Source: Antedon mediterranea
Taxonomy: Eukaryota > Animalia > Echinodermata
NCBI RefSeq assembly: GCF_964355755.1
Contig: NC_092676.1
Location: 22,338,871-22,402,870, forward strand
Direction: 5' to 3'
Length of the DNA stretch: 64,000 nt
The notes under the pieces are model-generated. The model ran no database searches. It worked only from the letters and a program-made list of their open reading frames with translations, and had not been told where the DNA came from. The position numbers and the translations under genes are program-made. This document shows, in pieces, positions 35,855-50,335 of the stretch; the stretch's first letter is position 1, and the number at the start of each line of letters is the position of its first letter.

Positions 35855-37454
35855 ATTGGTTATCCGCAACGAAGTTGCAGGATAACCTCTTGTGATTGTA
35901 CGAAATCATCATCAACATCAACTTTTTATTTCTCTTCTTTCTTTCTGTATGATTTTTGTGGAACGCTTTTCTCGAAAACTTGCAAACATAACATTTTGTA
36001 ACTTTCTCAACATATCGTCATGCACATGAAGATGTGCAGCGAAGCTTTTCATGATGTTTACAATTGAGCAACGTGACTTACGTGCGATTTAACGATTTTG
36101 TCGTATTTAACATAGCTCGACAACCAAATAACATTTCAACTTGAAACTTTGCAAAAGTTTAATTTATATCATGCGCTAACTTTCTGTTGAAAAAAAATTG
36201 CGTGTTTTACACAAACTTACGCGCGCACATGCATATAAAATTTCAAAATGCGCAAAATTAATTTATAATCAACTTTCTACGCGTTTCATGTCATTTTAAG
36301 CATGTCAAAAATTCCCACGCGTGCGCAAATTTTAACGTGTGCGGTGCGCACGTAGCGTTGAAAACATAATTTTTTCACGTGATTTATGTTTTTTCAGCCT
36401 TTTCTAGTAATTTTACCAACTTTTAAACAATTTCGACTTAAAGTTACGTCATACGAGCACGTCGAATTGGACAATTTGCGCGCGTTTTTGATGAAAAAGT
36501 TAAAAAATTCGTCAAAATTATGCCTTTTTTTAAACAGTCGTAATTTCTAAACTGCACGGTCAACTTTTTGTGGATGACATTTTCAGGAAGTTGATGAGTT
36601 GTAGACATCGGATCATGTATTAATATGGCTAACCGGACATTGTGACGTCATCGTGTGGCCACGCGAATATACAATTTAGGATTTTTGTATCTTTCTTCAT
36701 AGCTCATCACATTTAATAGAGCGCTTCTCCACTTATTCGTTTTCCATTTTCACCCCGATTTTAATATTGTGTAGGTCAATCAACTATCTTTCGCATGAGT
36801 TAAATTTTTTTAAATTTTTGTTACGTCATCATGCCTAAAAATTTAAATTAGGTGTGGCATTAATTTCATCTTTACAGTAAATTTTAATCTGTTATAGCTC
36901 GTAAGAATAAAATCTGATAATCACGATTAAAACGTTTTCTAGAAGCTATTTGATTGCAGATAGGAAATAATGTAAAAATGTTGCCAATCGGATGTTTTTA
37001 CGTCATCATATGGCCAGTTAAATAAAAAAAGTCGTATTTTCATCTTTTGCGTCATAATTCATTACATTTAAAAGAGCGCGCATCAATATTTTACGTATTT
37101 TAATTTCTTCTACACATTAATATGTTGTTGCCGAGATAATTTGCTTCCGAAATTGCTACCTTAGTGTTTCATTTTGATACCGTCTCCATGTTAAAAATTG
37201 AAATAAATGGCGGGTCCCGTAATTTCACCTATTCTACACTGTATATAATATATATACAGATTATACTGTTTGTACTATATACTATATGACACAAAATTGA
37301 CAGAATTCAGCACTAACAACTATTATCATATTCATCAGTTCAGGTCATAATGCCATAATCTTTTTCTGTGTGGAATATTCCAACGTATGACGTGCACGTG
37401 GCGTTTGTCGTGCGGATAACTAACTCGTCAAAGTGACGAGTTACATGTCTAGTT
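35855..37454 (+). mobile_element. Non-autonomous Helentron/DINE-1-like element, about 1.6 kb
   Basis: 5' hairpin GTTATCCGCAAC-GAA-GTTGCAGGATAAC, then a short microsatellite; 3' inverted sub-terminal repeat TGCGGATAAC (37411-37420), hairpin TAACTCGTCA-AAG-TGACGAGTTA and terminal CTAGT; CpG-rich interior. Confidence 0.85.
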
Positions 37455-38454
37455 GTTTTTTAATACTATCTAACTACAACCTTTTTTGTTGTTTTTGTGA
37501 ACAACAATATTGTCTCCTTAAATCAACCATTCGGCACACTCAAACATTTCTCTGTCCCCTTGGGTGTCCCCTGACTGGGGGTTGACTGTAGTGTAAAAAC
37601 ATATACAGTATTTCCCCCTCGTTTAGCATGAAAGTGTTCCCTTAATAGGGATGTCCCCTGAGGGATGTCTATTTAATGTATGATTGTAAATCCATGCTGT
37701 TTCTGTATCCTAGTTCTACAGTATGATGTTAATGGTTGAGTAAAATATCTTTCTCAGTTTTAAAATAATATTCCTTAGTTTACTGGTGGTATATAATGTA
37801 CTGTACTGTACTATGTCAAATCCTTCATTATAATAGATGATTATAGTTACTGTACTGTTTCAACAGTAAAGGTAAAAGTGATAGATCATGTTTATTAGGA
37901 GTTTCTTAGTAAACCCCCAAATACACTTTCTTCCTTTGGATATATTGACCTCTCTACCTGTAAGTTTATTGTTTGACCTATTTCTCAGGCTCTCTAGAGG
38001 CCCTGGTATGTAATCAAGGTCAGGCGTGAGAAAACACACTCCATGTAACAGACAATTAGGGAACCTCCTACTTGGTATATCTGAAAACTGCTATTTTAGT
38101 TTAATTTGTCATGATTGGCGTCAAGGGGAAATAAGAATTACCTACTTGGTGTATGTTTAAAGACACTATATCCCTGAAATTTTTGACATTTTGTCAAAAT
38201 ATTACTTTAAAAACATTAACACTTAAGTCCAGTTGAATAGATTTGTCTATCTAAGCGTAATAATAATATACTCCCTGGCATGATAATAATGATAATATCC
38301 ATATTGGTATTAAAGCAGGTCATTTCTTGTCTTAAATGTACACTATGGTGTAATTATGATATTAAAAAAGAGAAAAACAATGTATTGTACAGTTAGGCTA
38401 GTTTGTAATCCCTACTCCTGGCCGGTAATAGCGGTAACATACGTTTATTGTATC

Positions 38455-38541
38455 CTAGCTGTAGGTACTGTACAGCTAAACTTAGCTATAGGTACTGTAC
38501 AGCTAAACTTAGCTATAGGTACTGTACAGCTAAACCTAGCA
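38455..38541. repeat. Tandem repeat, 3 x 30 bp
   Basis: TAGCTATAGGTACTGTACAGCTAAAC(T/C) units. Confidence 0.9.
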
Positions 38542-40369
38542 TTGCAGAATTATTTGACAGTTCTTTCATTTGTTTATCTTCTCCATGATCAACTCTATTG
38601 TACCAAAAAAACAGAAGCAAAATGAAAATATAAATAGTAGTGTACCAGTATTTATAGCAGGTAGGCTGCTTAATTATTATTACTGTGAGTAAAAATAATT
38701 ATCCCAGTAGGCCCATACTGTATGTAAGATTTATTCCTACAAAAACTGTAGTTTTTTACTCTAAAATAGGCCAGAAAATGTAGAGAAAGTACCTTTTTAA
38801 AGAAAAATTTAAAAGCGATAGTGTACAGTATGAGGAACATGTCAAAGAATATAAAAACGATTCCAATAATAGTCTGATTTCTAAATGTGCTTTATCACAG
38901 ATACTGTAGTGCAGGGGACATTTTTTTGTATCAAATTCAAATACCAAAGTAGCTTTCTACAATATGATTGATTATATATAAAAGGATGAAATATTAACTG
39001 TACACTATATACTGTATTTGTCCTGCTTTCTACAAAAATGTTAAAGACAAGATTTTCCCAATCTTCCAACCCAAACAACACATAATTACTTAACAAAACA
39101 ATTTCACTAACCCAAACATACTTCCCAAAAAGGATTTGTTTTGCATTAATATTGAAAAAAAAAATTCTTTTCACACAAAAAAGTTTGTTCACACTATAAG
39201 ACACAATGACCTACTATAGTTGATTGGCGAGGATAGCACAGAACAGATGGCATTGGCAGAAGCATGATGAGGGCTACTGTACATCAGACAGGGGATGATA
39301 GAGCTAAACTGAAAAAAAATGAAAAGTTGACCAATCACAAGAGACAAGTAAAATAATCCATCGCATCGTGAATGGTCAAATTGTTTGCAGTGGACTTCAG
39401 TCGTTTTGTTGCGCAATTTAGTCGAAGGTTATTTCTCCATTATTTACCGTACTTTAGATGGATAGGCCTATGATTTACTATTAGACACAGGAGCTTTCAT
39501 TGTATGTTCAATGATCATCTCCAGAAAAGATAATTCACTTTTCAAAAAGTAACTAAATCTATCGGTCAATTAAGAAATTATCTGACAGGTCTATTGAGCA
39601 TGTAATTTGATGACCAGCATGGGTCTCTCCACCCACTGATTCTAGATCCATGTCAACTAAAGTTCATGCAATATCTCACTCATGTGGACACAATTCATAC
39701 ATCACTTGGCAGTACTGTATTACACCTTTAGTGTGAAAAGGCTATTAATTTACAATCATTCCCTAGTGTTATTCATTTTATTCAATCTTTTATTTCGGAA
39801 TCTCTGGTTCATAGAAAGTAAAAATTATATAGTAGTAAGAAAACCTTACAATCCTTAGAATATTTACTGGACAAAAACAATGCTGTCTTTGAAAATGTAT
39901 TGGTATACTGTAGTAACAATTGCTTTGTTAACCTACTGTATGTTGTACTGTACAATGATGTTAAGAAAACAATATAAAACAAAAATGTTGGTTTTTGATA
40001 CTGTACTGAAACTTGGTTTTACTGTACAGCTACAAAAGGGGTGAAACAGTAATCAAATAAAAGATATACTGTACGGGTGGATAGAAAAGTTTTATAAATT
40101 TAAATATTTTTTATATAGAAGCTTAGTCTGATATCCATCTAGAGTACTGGAAAAAAAATCAATACCCGCTCAATTGCTGTTTTATTGATGTATGTAACTG
40201 TAGAAATCTTCTCTGTTAATATCCACCAATAAACAATTGAGTTGTTTGTTGTGCTGGGTGGCAGTTGATGAGGATACCCTACTTTCAGCCAGCCTTAACT
40301 TCAACACATTACCCACTATAGGCTCCTCTGGATTCCACTATAACTACTGTACCTTAAAGACTTCTCATA

Positions 40370-41221
40370 GGCCCTGTTTCTGCTGCCAATCCCAAATATA
40401 CCGTATAAATATACCGTATAAATATACCGTATATGAAATTCGTGCACCGTTTCCGCTGCACATACTTCGTGGGTGGGCTATAAAAAAAGTTGGCTTTCAT
40501 ATACCCAAAATGCATTTTGTGAGACGGAAGTATGGATTGACCTAGAGTCTCGTGTAGTGAGGTTACATGACAAAAACAAAACAATGATGGTTTCTCAAAA
40601 CGTCTTAGCATTGCTTTCTATTTTAAATCTAATGATCAGAAGTGGCAACGAATTTACATCGCACAAACAATCTAGAAATGTAGAATGGGCATTGACTACA
40701 TTTATGCAAAGAAGACGACGGCGTTTGCCAATAACTTTGGCGTTATTAAGTCTACAAATTCTGCTTTTATTTTGTTTGAGATACTTTTGTAAGTCTCGGT
40801 ATCTCTTCTGTTGCCATGTAGTCTCCCCCCAACCTTCGCTTCTCCCCACAATTGAATTGCAAAAATAGTTATTTCTTCAGTCCACAGTGATATTTTGATC
40901 TGTTGCTTGCTTATTATACACGTGTGTGTCAATGCAGCAGAAAAACCAAACAAACGCGTCACGCTCTGTTAGTTTTTGACCTCGTGTCATGGGCCGGGTC
41001 ACATATACGGTATATTTTGAGTGCAGCAGAAACGGGGTTCGAAATATACGGTATATTTTGGAATATACCGTATAATATCCACAAACGATGGGGATATTTA
41101 TGCGGTATATATACCGCATATATATACGGTATATTTTTTATGAGACCCATTTCTGCTGCCAAAAAATATACCGTATATAAAAATATACCGTATATATATT
41201 TTTGGCAGCAGAAACGGGGCC
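40370..41221. mobile_element. Non-autonomous TIR element with ATATACCGTA sub-terminal repeats
   Basis: GGCCCTGTTTCTGCTGCCAA...TTGGCAGCAGAAACGGGGCC; ATA on both flanks; extra TIR-like copies near 41022 and 41146; many ATATACCGTAT/ATACGGTATAT words. Confidence 0.85.
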
Positions 41222-43476
41222 ATAGATAGATACTTGTTGTACTGCAATTACCTAGAGTGTACTGTAGTAGATTTTTCATAATAATTGAACCTTTTAAAAC
41301 TCGGCTTTCTGGTAATTATACATAAAATTATACCAAAATAAGATGTATGTTTTTCCTATGTTTTTTGCGATAAAAGTTATTTTCATTTTTTTTCTTAATA
41401 ATTAAAAAAAAATTCTAATTTGTTGTTTTAATATTTTTGAAATTTTTGTTCTTTTCAGATTGTAAATATGAGAAAACATAAGTGTATTTCTGAATTTATC
41501 TTGTAGTTTCACTAAACTACTGTATGTTTAAACAGTTTACAGTCAAGAAATACATTTTATAATTACCATTTCATGGGAATGGTTCTTGTTCATTACAGAA
41601 TTTGACCATAACATTCTTCTGTGAACGAAACAATAGTAGTAAATCGAACAATAATGTATGGAAACATTTGATTAAAGTTTTGGAGCACAAACGGCAAGTC
41701 CAATTAACCTAATAAAAGTGTGAAGGTTACAAGGAAATTTAATAATTTTCATATATCTTAAGTTATTAAAAAATAGGAATAAAAAAATGTGTTTATACTG
41801 TACTATATGAAAGTTTATTGGACAAACTTCTTCCATATGTACAGATCGGTGTTCTTATAATTTTCAAACGGACTGGTTGATCTATCAAGCCTAAAACAAT
41901 CTCACTATCACTTCAACCCAGTCAAATCCCAACACAGGACACACTAGGTTGCCTAATATGTCTGGTTTTCCAGAAATTATAGTAAATTTTGAATTTGTTT
42001 TTAATGGTATACAAGAATTTGTAACCTTTTTGAACTGAAGTTTTTCTATAAGATTCCAGTTTTTATAGAATTGACTGTATTTCAACTCAGTTGTACTGTA
42101 CTCTTCTGTGTTCTAAACAGTATCATCCCCTTCCCCAACTTCCTCCAATCATCTCTCCACCTTCAACAGTACTTTCTCGATACATTAAACTTTCTTTCTC
42201 GCGCTTCACATCATCCTCCATACAAAAAGCACTGACTTGATAATATATACGACAGCTCAGCCTTTACCTGTGTTTCTCATGGGGAATGATGATGCAGTAT
42301 TTTTACACGACAGCTGAATTCTCACGCACAATTAACAAATCAGTTTTCTTCCCACAGTAATTATGCAGAGAATTCTAAGTAAATGTGAAGTAGATTATAG
42401 CATGGAGGTATACAGTAATACCTCCATGATTATAGTATGTTTTATCTGCTAGCTATGCAAGTTCACTATACCTTTAAAAGCTACAGCTACAATAATGCTA
42501 TTTCCATTTCAAATTCAAGCCAAGATAAACAAATTGGATCTCTAAACTGTCATGCAAGATTCTTTACTTTTTGCTTGCTACTAAAAAAATTCTATACTAC
42601 AGTATACTGACTCTACAGTACAACGCATAGATACTGTATTAATCAAATTATAGACTAATTAATATAATTAGAAATAAGTCAAAAACACAACTAAAATACA
42701 CAAACCAAGAGTGGTGTTGGTATGAATGCTAGCTTACCTGGATAAACCGACAATAACCCTTTCTCCTCGAGCGAGATATAACTCGAAAAGCAATTTTCAT
42801 TTAATCATCTCTCTCCACAAATGGTATAGTCAATGAACTATGCCCTCAGGTACAAACCACTATCATCATTTCTTTTCGAGAGTAAACTTGTCTTCAAGAG
42901 AGCTTGCACAGTGAGCAACCATGAAGAGGGGACCTGCATATACTGTGTGACTGCACTAATCGGGAAATAAGATATGCCGGATTGAAGTCACTATAGTTGA
43001 CCATAATACTGAATGTTCTCTTCTCATTTGGAAAAGGGCCAATAACAGTTTATCCAGGTAAAAGGTAGCTATGATTATCATTCTCTGTCAAGTGCACTGA
43101 TAAATTTATTAATGTTTATTACATTTTATAAAATATAGAATTTTAAAACTTTAAAGTACACTTATTTAAACTCCAGAGAATTCTTTTCTAAATAACATAT
43201 TGTGTGCTCTTATAATCTTGTATCATTCCAACCATATTAATAACAGTTTTATCTTTATCTATTTACATTATACAGCTCTATAGCTACCCTGGGATATTAA
43301 AGTGATCACTCAGTATACAATACTTCATACAGTACTCTAAATACTATACTGTAGTTTATTACTACAGTACAGTATCTTCTCCATTTTTATCAATAAAAAT
43401 ATTTGAAATGGAAGGAATTATTATTAGTGCAATATAAACTAGTCACTATTATACAGATATTGACTGCTTAGAGGTT

Positions 43477-43718
43477 AAATATAAGATTTGACATCCCCGA
43501 GGGAATGATATTATGTTCGAGTGAAATATATAATTCCCAAGAACTTAATATCATTCCCGAGGGGATGTCTAATCTTTTATATTTTACCGATATAAAAGGC
43601 GATGTCTGTTATATTACATAGCCAACAACAAGTAGAATATCTGCTGGGTCGGATAGCTATGGTAGGCCTCCTTTTTGAACCAATCAAGTTCGCGTATTTA
43701 CATAGGCTATGTAATATA
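43477..43718. repeat. Twin-hairpin interspersed element
   Basis: Hairpin 1: AAGATTTGACATCCCCGAGGGAATGATATTA...TAATATCATTCCCGAGGGGATGTCTAATCTT. Hairpin 2: TTATATTACATAGCC...GGCTATGTAATATAA. Confidence 0.8.
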
Positions 43719-44199
43719 AAACAAAATCATACAAACTAACTGTATGATGGCGAAACGGCTCTGAGCATCTACTTGCTAAACATAGGGGCAACACAAAGTA
43801 ACTGTATGGCCACTATACATAATAAGGGTTGGTTATACAGTAGTGTTAAAACATACGGCAGGTACAATATACCCCCCTCTCATTTGTTTCACTGGAAAGT
43901 GGCCCCTTAACACTGTCCACTGGGTATCCCAAAGGAGGGGTTCACTGCTATTTTTCTGTTAGAAATTTTGTCTTACTGTATGTACACAAAGAATCATGTC
44001 AACCATATACAACTAAAAATAATACAGTTAGTTTACTATTATTGTTTATTTGTTTATGCTGTATAAACACAAATGAATGTCAAATAACAATGAATGAACT
44101 GTCAATTCAGACTTGCTTTATGTGGCCTAAAGCAAAAATGCAGTTTTATTCAAAAAAAATTCTGTCTATTCTGATGATAGTGCTCTATGCACGGTTTCT

Positions 44200-44505
44200 T
44201 TTTTTTTTTTTCAAATTCACACACGCCAATGCTCTATTGATTGATCCTTAAAACTAACAAAAATCAACCAATAAATATCCCACCCCATTTTTTATACTCA
44301 CATTACTGTATGTAAACAAACGCTTTATGAAATGAGGGCCTTTTTTAAATTCACACACACACCAATGCTCCATGGATTTCTTAAAGCAACACAAATCAAC
44401 CAATGAATACCGCACCCCATTTTTTATACTCGCACTATGTAAACAAACTCTTTATGAAATAGGCCTCATTTTTTTCAAATTCATACACCAATGGTCTATG
44501 GATTG
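44200..44505. repeat. Diverged tandem duplication, about 130 bp x 2.3
   Basis: AAATTCACAC..CCAATGCTC..AAATCAACCAAT..CACCCCATTTTTTATACTC..TGTAAACAAAC..TTTATGAAAT is repeated. Confidence 0.8.
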
Positions 44506-46842
44506 GGACTTTCTTAACTAACATGCTGTGTTGTAACGCTCAGTACGATCGAGAAAAATAGGCGCTTTCACTGACTGGGTTATTGATTTGATCATACAGT
44601 AATCGTATTGCGTTGCAGTTTATCCATAATTTAGGGCCAAATTATAACTTTGGATAGTTTGAGTAGTACAGTATGTTTTTTCTTAGTATTTATCTTAATT
44701 TCTATCTGTAATTGGGTCAAATTTTAAACAAAATTATGGACGTTCTCGGCAATTAAAAGTTAATACCATACTGTATCAATGCCAGTGTTTCTTACACAGT
44801 ACTGTATAGTAGGACTTTCACAGCATGCATGCAATTTTAATATATTTAAAATGCTTATAATGTATGTAATAGTAGTTAGAAAAGTCTGTGGGAATGGGTA
44901 TTAAAAGAGCTAAGGGTGAAAAATTCCATTAAAATATTCAAAACTTTAGTCTAGAAGAGTATTTTAGATGTTTGTACAATTTGTATAATTTTTTTTCTTG
45001 TAAAAAATAATCCAAATGTCACACTACCAAAAAACTACATGCTAACCTTGTGAATGTCATGACTCAACTAATTCTCGAAGTTTGTTTTTCTCACGGTTCA
45101 AAATTTAAGGGTCAGCCAAATAAGATATGGGTTCCGATGTTAGGGGCAGCTAAATATTACAGGGGGTTTCAAATTTACAGATCAGCCAAAAATTGTATGG
45201 TATTGACAATGCACAAAAAGAAGTGGGTTCCTACAGTACGTACACAATTTCTTTTAAATCTTTCAGAGGAAAATCTCCCTTTGGTTGAATCAACAATTTT
45301 AAAGTCTTAAAATCATGAGAATTGGGGGGGGGGGGGAAGTCTATCATCAAGCAGCCTTTAGTTAACCCTTAGCAATGACAAAGATATACAATACCTCAAT
45401 GACAATTGTTCCTTTTGGTTACAGTACACAGGAGTATTGCTATTCTAGATGAAGTCTCAATTTGTAATTAATAAAGTGGAACTTAATCATTTTAAATAAA
45501 GACAATGATTTGTGTAATGTCCAATTTGACCATGCCTAGGGATTGCTGAGAGTTTGTTGGCACATACTGTAAAGGCTAACAAGACTGGGAAAACTTTCAA
45601 AGCCACATCAATACAATATTGTGTTATAGTAAGAACAGAAACATTTGTGCTGGTTAAGCTGTCTAGAAAACATACCCTTCTTTGGGACACCTTATTAAGG
45701 GTCCTGAAAACTCCTTTTTGGTACAATCCTATGGGTATTGAAGGTAAAATGTCCACTAGTCTGGCCCAATACTACATGTATAATTGTCTAGAGTAAAACG
45801 TACTGTAAAACACCTCCTTTTGGACACCCTAGTGTTCTGAAAAATCCCCTCCCTTACCAAATACATTTATGAAACATAAGTTCATTTTTACATTTTGATT
45901 AAAATATAAATAATAAAGTACCATACCTTTTAACTCAATTTTTTTCATTTTTATTAGCTATAAAACATAACATTTACTATTGTACTATCAAATATAAATA
46001 AAGTAACTGACTGACAATAGTAAACTGATAAACTGTACTGTAAATAAGCACAGAAATGTACAGTATATATTCAACTGTACTACAAGTCAACAACATTGGA
46101 CTGCCTATATTAATTAAGTGATACTAGTACTGCCTAGATTACTTACTATACACTAATTTCCAAACAAAACTGCAAAATTTATCCACAAAATTGTTCAGTT
46201 TATAACATACTGTATTTCTGTTGACTTTGATTTTCCAGTTATACACATAACGCAATATTAAATTGTCATGGCCTCATACCGCCATTTTTCCCACGCTGTG
46301 AAGTAAGGCACACAATTGTGTAGTGAAAAAGCAAGCTCGTGGGAACTCTTTTACACTTGATTAATCAACTAAAGGGATATCAGCTCTTGTGTGTATCAAG
46401 CATCCTCCTACTGCTAAGCCTCTAATAATGTTTAGAATTTTGGAACTGAAAACAAGGGGAATCCAAGATCTCTTGTTTTGAGATAATTCTTGAGAGTTTT
46501 ATTGAATGTAATATTTATATCATTTTGTACAGTAGTTTTTCTACAAATATTGTGAATATTAATTATTACAAGAGTAATTTTTAAAGAAAAATCTTAAATC
46601 ACATTTCTTTACTTTTCAACCAAATAACTAGTCAATCATACAGTTGTCTGTTGGAATTCACTTGTTTATGTAAATATATTACTGTTTTTGTTTATGTGTT
46701 TAATGCAATACTTTTAATATAACTTTTAGATTATTTATATTTTAGACTATAAAAGAAACCCAATGGAAATAAGCTAATAAGCCCGTTTGGGCTATCCTGG
46801 AAATTTTTTTATACAGTAAATGTATTTATTTGTAATATTATT

Positions 46843-47566
46843 CAGGGGCGGTTGCAGGACTATTTTAAGGGGGTTGCCCAAGAGTCCAGGGTCATAATAG
46901 AAACCAAGTATTTGCGCCACAGGCCCCCCATGGTGAAATGACACTCTAATATCTATCAGCAGTATTTATCCCGCCTATTTTTTCTGCCGGTAAAACAAAC
47001 GCGACTAAGGATAACATTTTTTGCGTTCAATACGAACGTCAGAGGAAGTCCCCGACGAAGGTACTTCCGGTAAGGTAATATTATTCTAGCAATTATAATC
47101 AATTAATACAAATTAATTACTAGGCCTATTATCAATTAATAATTTTTAAAGCTGCTGCTATAAATATATTGAGCAAAACGTTGAATTGTATTATTTTGAA
47201 ATAAATGCTAAATAAGTCAGTAAAACCACAATTTCCAAATTCATTTTCATTTATCCACTATACTGTACAACTGGACGTTCGTAATTACTACGGAAATTCG
47301 GCCTAATTTTACGGACGTAGAGAAATGAAAATAAATCCACTGACCGCCGTTAAATTGTGCGCCGTTAATTTTACTCTGCAGTCAGTCAATTTACATAATA
47401 TAGACTCTTCCAACCCTGGACTTCTATAACGACATTAATGGTTAATATATATTGAAATGAAATGGGATCTAATTTAAATTTTAATTTAGTGGTAGAAAAA
47501 AACATTTAGTATGAAATTAAGGGTGTTGCCCGGCCAACTGGGGCAACACCCCTGCGTCCGCCCCTG
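46843..47566. mobile_element. hAT-like non-autonomous element
   Basis: Termini CAGGGGCGG...CCGCCCCTG with sub-terminal GGGTGTTGCCC/GGGCAACACCC; target duplication unclear. Confidence 0.65.
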
Positions 47567-47754
47567 TTATTAGTAATTTATGTTATCAATTTGTTTGTAT
47601 TTTTTCTGATCATTTTCCTAATAAATTCAAATCAAACACTATTATAAAACATTTTTTGTTTTACTATAAAATATAAAATTAGTAAAATGTACAGGTGAGA
47701 TTTTTAAATGATTGTTTTCATTATGTAACATATCATTTTTACAATTACAGTTAG

Positions 47755-47885
47755 CTTTTCTACAAATATAATTGTGACTGTTATTATATGATGAAAGCTG
47801 CTGTTTTAGGCCTACTGTACTACTTTTCTACAAATATAATTGTGACTGTTATTATATGATGAAAGCTGCTGTTTTAGGCCTACTG
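47755..47885. repeat. Tandem duplication, 2 x 68 bp
   Basis: CTTTTCTACAAATATAATTGTGACTG...TTTTAGGCCTACTG at 47755 and 47823. Confidence 0.92.
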
Positions 47886-50335
47886 CACTTATCAGTAAAA
47901 TTTAAAGCTAAGATTGCTTCATTTCAATCATCATGTTATATTCAACAATAAAATGGGTTTTTGATAATAAAGAAAAAAGGATAAATATTAATCCGAAAAT
48001 GTTTATTATATCTACTTTGTTTGTTGTTTGTTTGTTTGTATTCAAATGCATACAATAGTTTTACAGTATAGTACTGTAGGCAAAATTTTTTTTAATATAA
48101 AGCAGTTGACTAATTACAGAAGAAAAATTTTAACCAAACTACAACCAATTAGGAGAGCAAAATGGTTCTTGAGCCCTTCAGAGGTACAGTTACTGTACTG
48201 TATGAGGTGGAAATTTGGGGTAACTTGGCAAAACCCTAAAAAAACATGCACAAACCTCCTCCAAACCAATTTAAAAAGGCAGTTTATTGTCTCTAGTTGT
48301 GATCTAATCAATAATCATTGGTTTAAAGGAGGTTTTAGCCAGGTTTTGCGCAGTTTGGCCAAGGTTTGCGCAGTTTTATATTTAAATATTTCATAAATGA
48401 TAAAAAGATATGTCAGGTTGCAAAAAAAAAAGGCATTATTTTATTTTTAAAAGTTAAATTTTAGGGGAAAGGGGGGGGGGGGTGCCTAAATCTGCACATG
48501 TGTACTGATTTCAAATAAACAACCCTGCTTTAAATAAACACCCCCTCGAAAAATCCTTTCTTCCATTGAATGTCAATTGGGAAAATATCCAGTCCCTCAA
48601 AAAATGTTCATTTTTCTCATCGAATAAATGTCCCACAACAAGCATACACTGTACAGTGTAAACACTACAGTATACTGTATTATAACACATTGCATTATAT
48701 TTATAGTTAGAAATTATTGACTGCAGATAATATACAAACAATTTTTTTTATTTTATTTATAATCATATCACTTTTTCATTAATTAAATTGTATTGTAGTT
48801 TTTTCATATCAAGATGGGGCATTTATTTGGGTAGTAGGTATTTCATAAAGAAAAATCTCCCTGTTAAATAAACTCCTCCCTCGATTAAAAACACCTCCAA
48901 AAAAACCTCCTGAGCAATAAATGCCTCATAGGGTTCGTTTGACTGCTATATAAACCAAGAAAATGCAATGTAGTTACTTTGTATACAGGGTACCACTGTC
49001 TTTGAGGGGTTTTCAAAGTTGTTGTTACTTGGAGTTCTCTGTTTGGAAGGGAAATACCCTTGTCAGTTTACAGTATAAGGTGGTAGTAAGCTAGGCATTA
49101 AATAGACAACATAATTGTACTGTAGATTAGAGCATTGAGTTAAAACTCAATCAGCAGCACTATACAAGGGAAAGCTGGAAAATTATTTTATTTCTTTTAA
49201 TTGTCATGAACGTACGGAAAAATAATTGTGCTAGTACTGGCTTACTGAAGTAATCAATTTGATGACATCACATGGCCGAAAAATTAAAAACAGACGAGGC
49301 AAAGATGCTACAGTATAAATATAATTATCTAATAACTTAAAATAAGACAAGCTTTGCTGGAGGATTGGTGGTAGGTGGTGAAAACTGAACATTTCAGACG
49401 AGACGAGCACCTCGTTTGCCTCATGCTGGCTACGACCCTGCATTAATGCACTATCGGGTGGGGGTAGGTGTGATGATCAAGAAGATGCTTCGTTGCATTT
49501 ATGTTAATTATAGTATTACTGTATTTTCAAATAAATCCATTTACACTGGGTTAAGATATCAATATTCAACTGTAACTGAGAATACTAAGAACCTTAACAA
49601 TCTATATCCTTTTTTTTTAATGTTTTACTTTTTATATACTGTAGTAGCATGTAACAACTAGGAGTAATCAAATGAATAATTATGTTATGTGTTCTGCTGC
49701 ACATATTTTCCTGCATTCCTCAAATCAAGATGCTCAAATGTTTTACTTTACAATTAGTAAGTAGTTTCACTTTGTGAAGAAGATAACTAACCCTCTGTCT
49801 GTGTGTTTTCAATGAATAAATGAAGAAAAGCCAACTACACATCATGCCCAGTATAATACTGTATTATTTTTTATACCAAAAATGAATACAGAATGATTAT
49901 TGTACTTTTTCCACCAGAGCCTTTATAGACTAGACAGAAATCTTACAGTATGTACAGTAAAGGCAATGATAATGATATGATGGTAAGGCTATCATTGGAT
50001 GTTTTAAGTTAAATGATTTTTTTTTTTTAAATTGACACTGTCAAGTATTGTTGTAATTTTATAACATGTCCATCCACGATTGATTTCTAGGCGTGATACA
50101 ACCACGATACAATGCTAATCAACCCAGGGCAGCACCGGGCTGCTTGACCTCTCCCACCTCCACTGCAGGCCTACCACATACCCCATCACGCCCGTCCACC
50201 ACAAACTTTTCCGATAAGTAAGTGCTTAAACTTCTAACTAACATATTACCACAAATATAGATTAAAATCCTGTTAAATCGATAGCATTAGTTAAAGCAGC
50301 TGTCATTTACGAAATCTAATGAGATTTTAGCCTAC

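Noticed and set aside
40237-41279. Cluster of overlapping ORFs suggesting a transposase
   Set aside because: No DDE or HTH motifs; the ORFs arise from low-complexity ATATACCGT repeats in a non-autonomous element.
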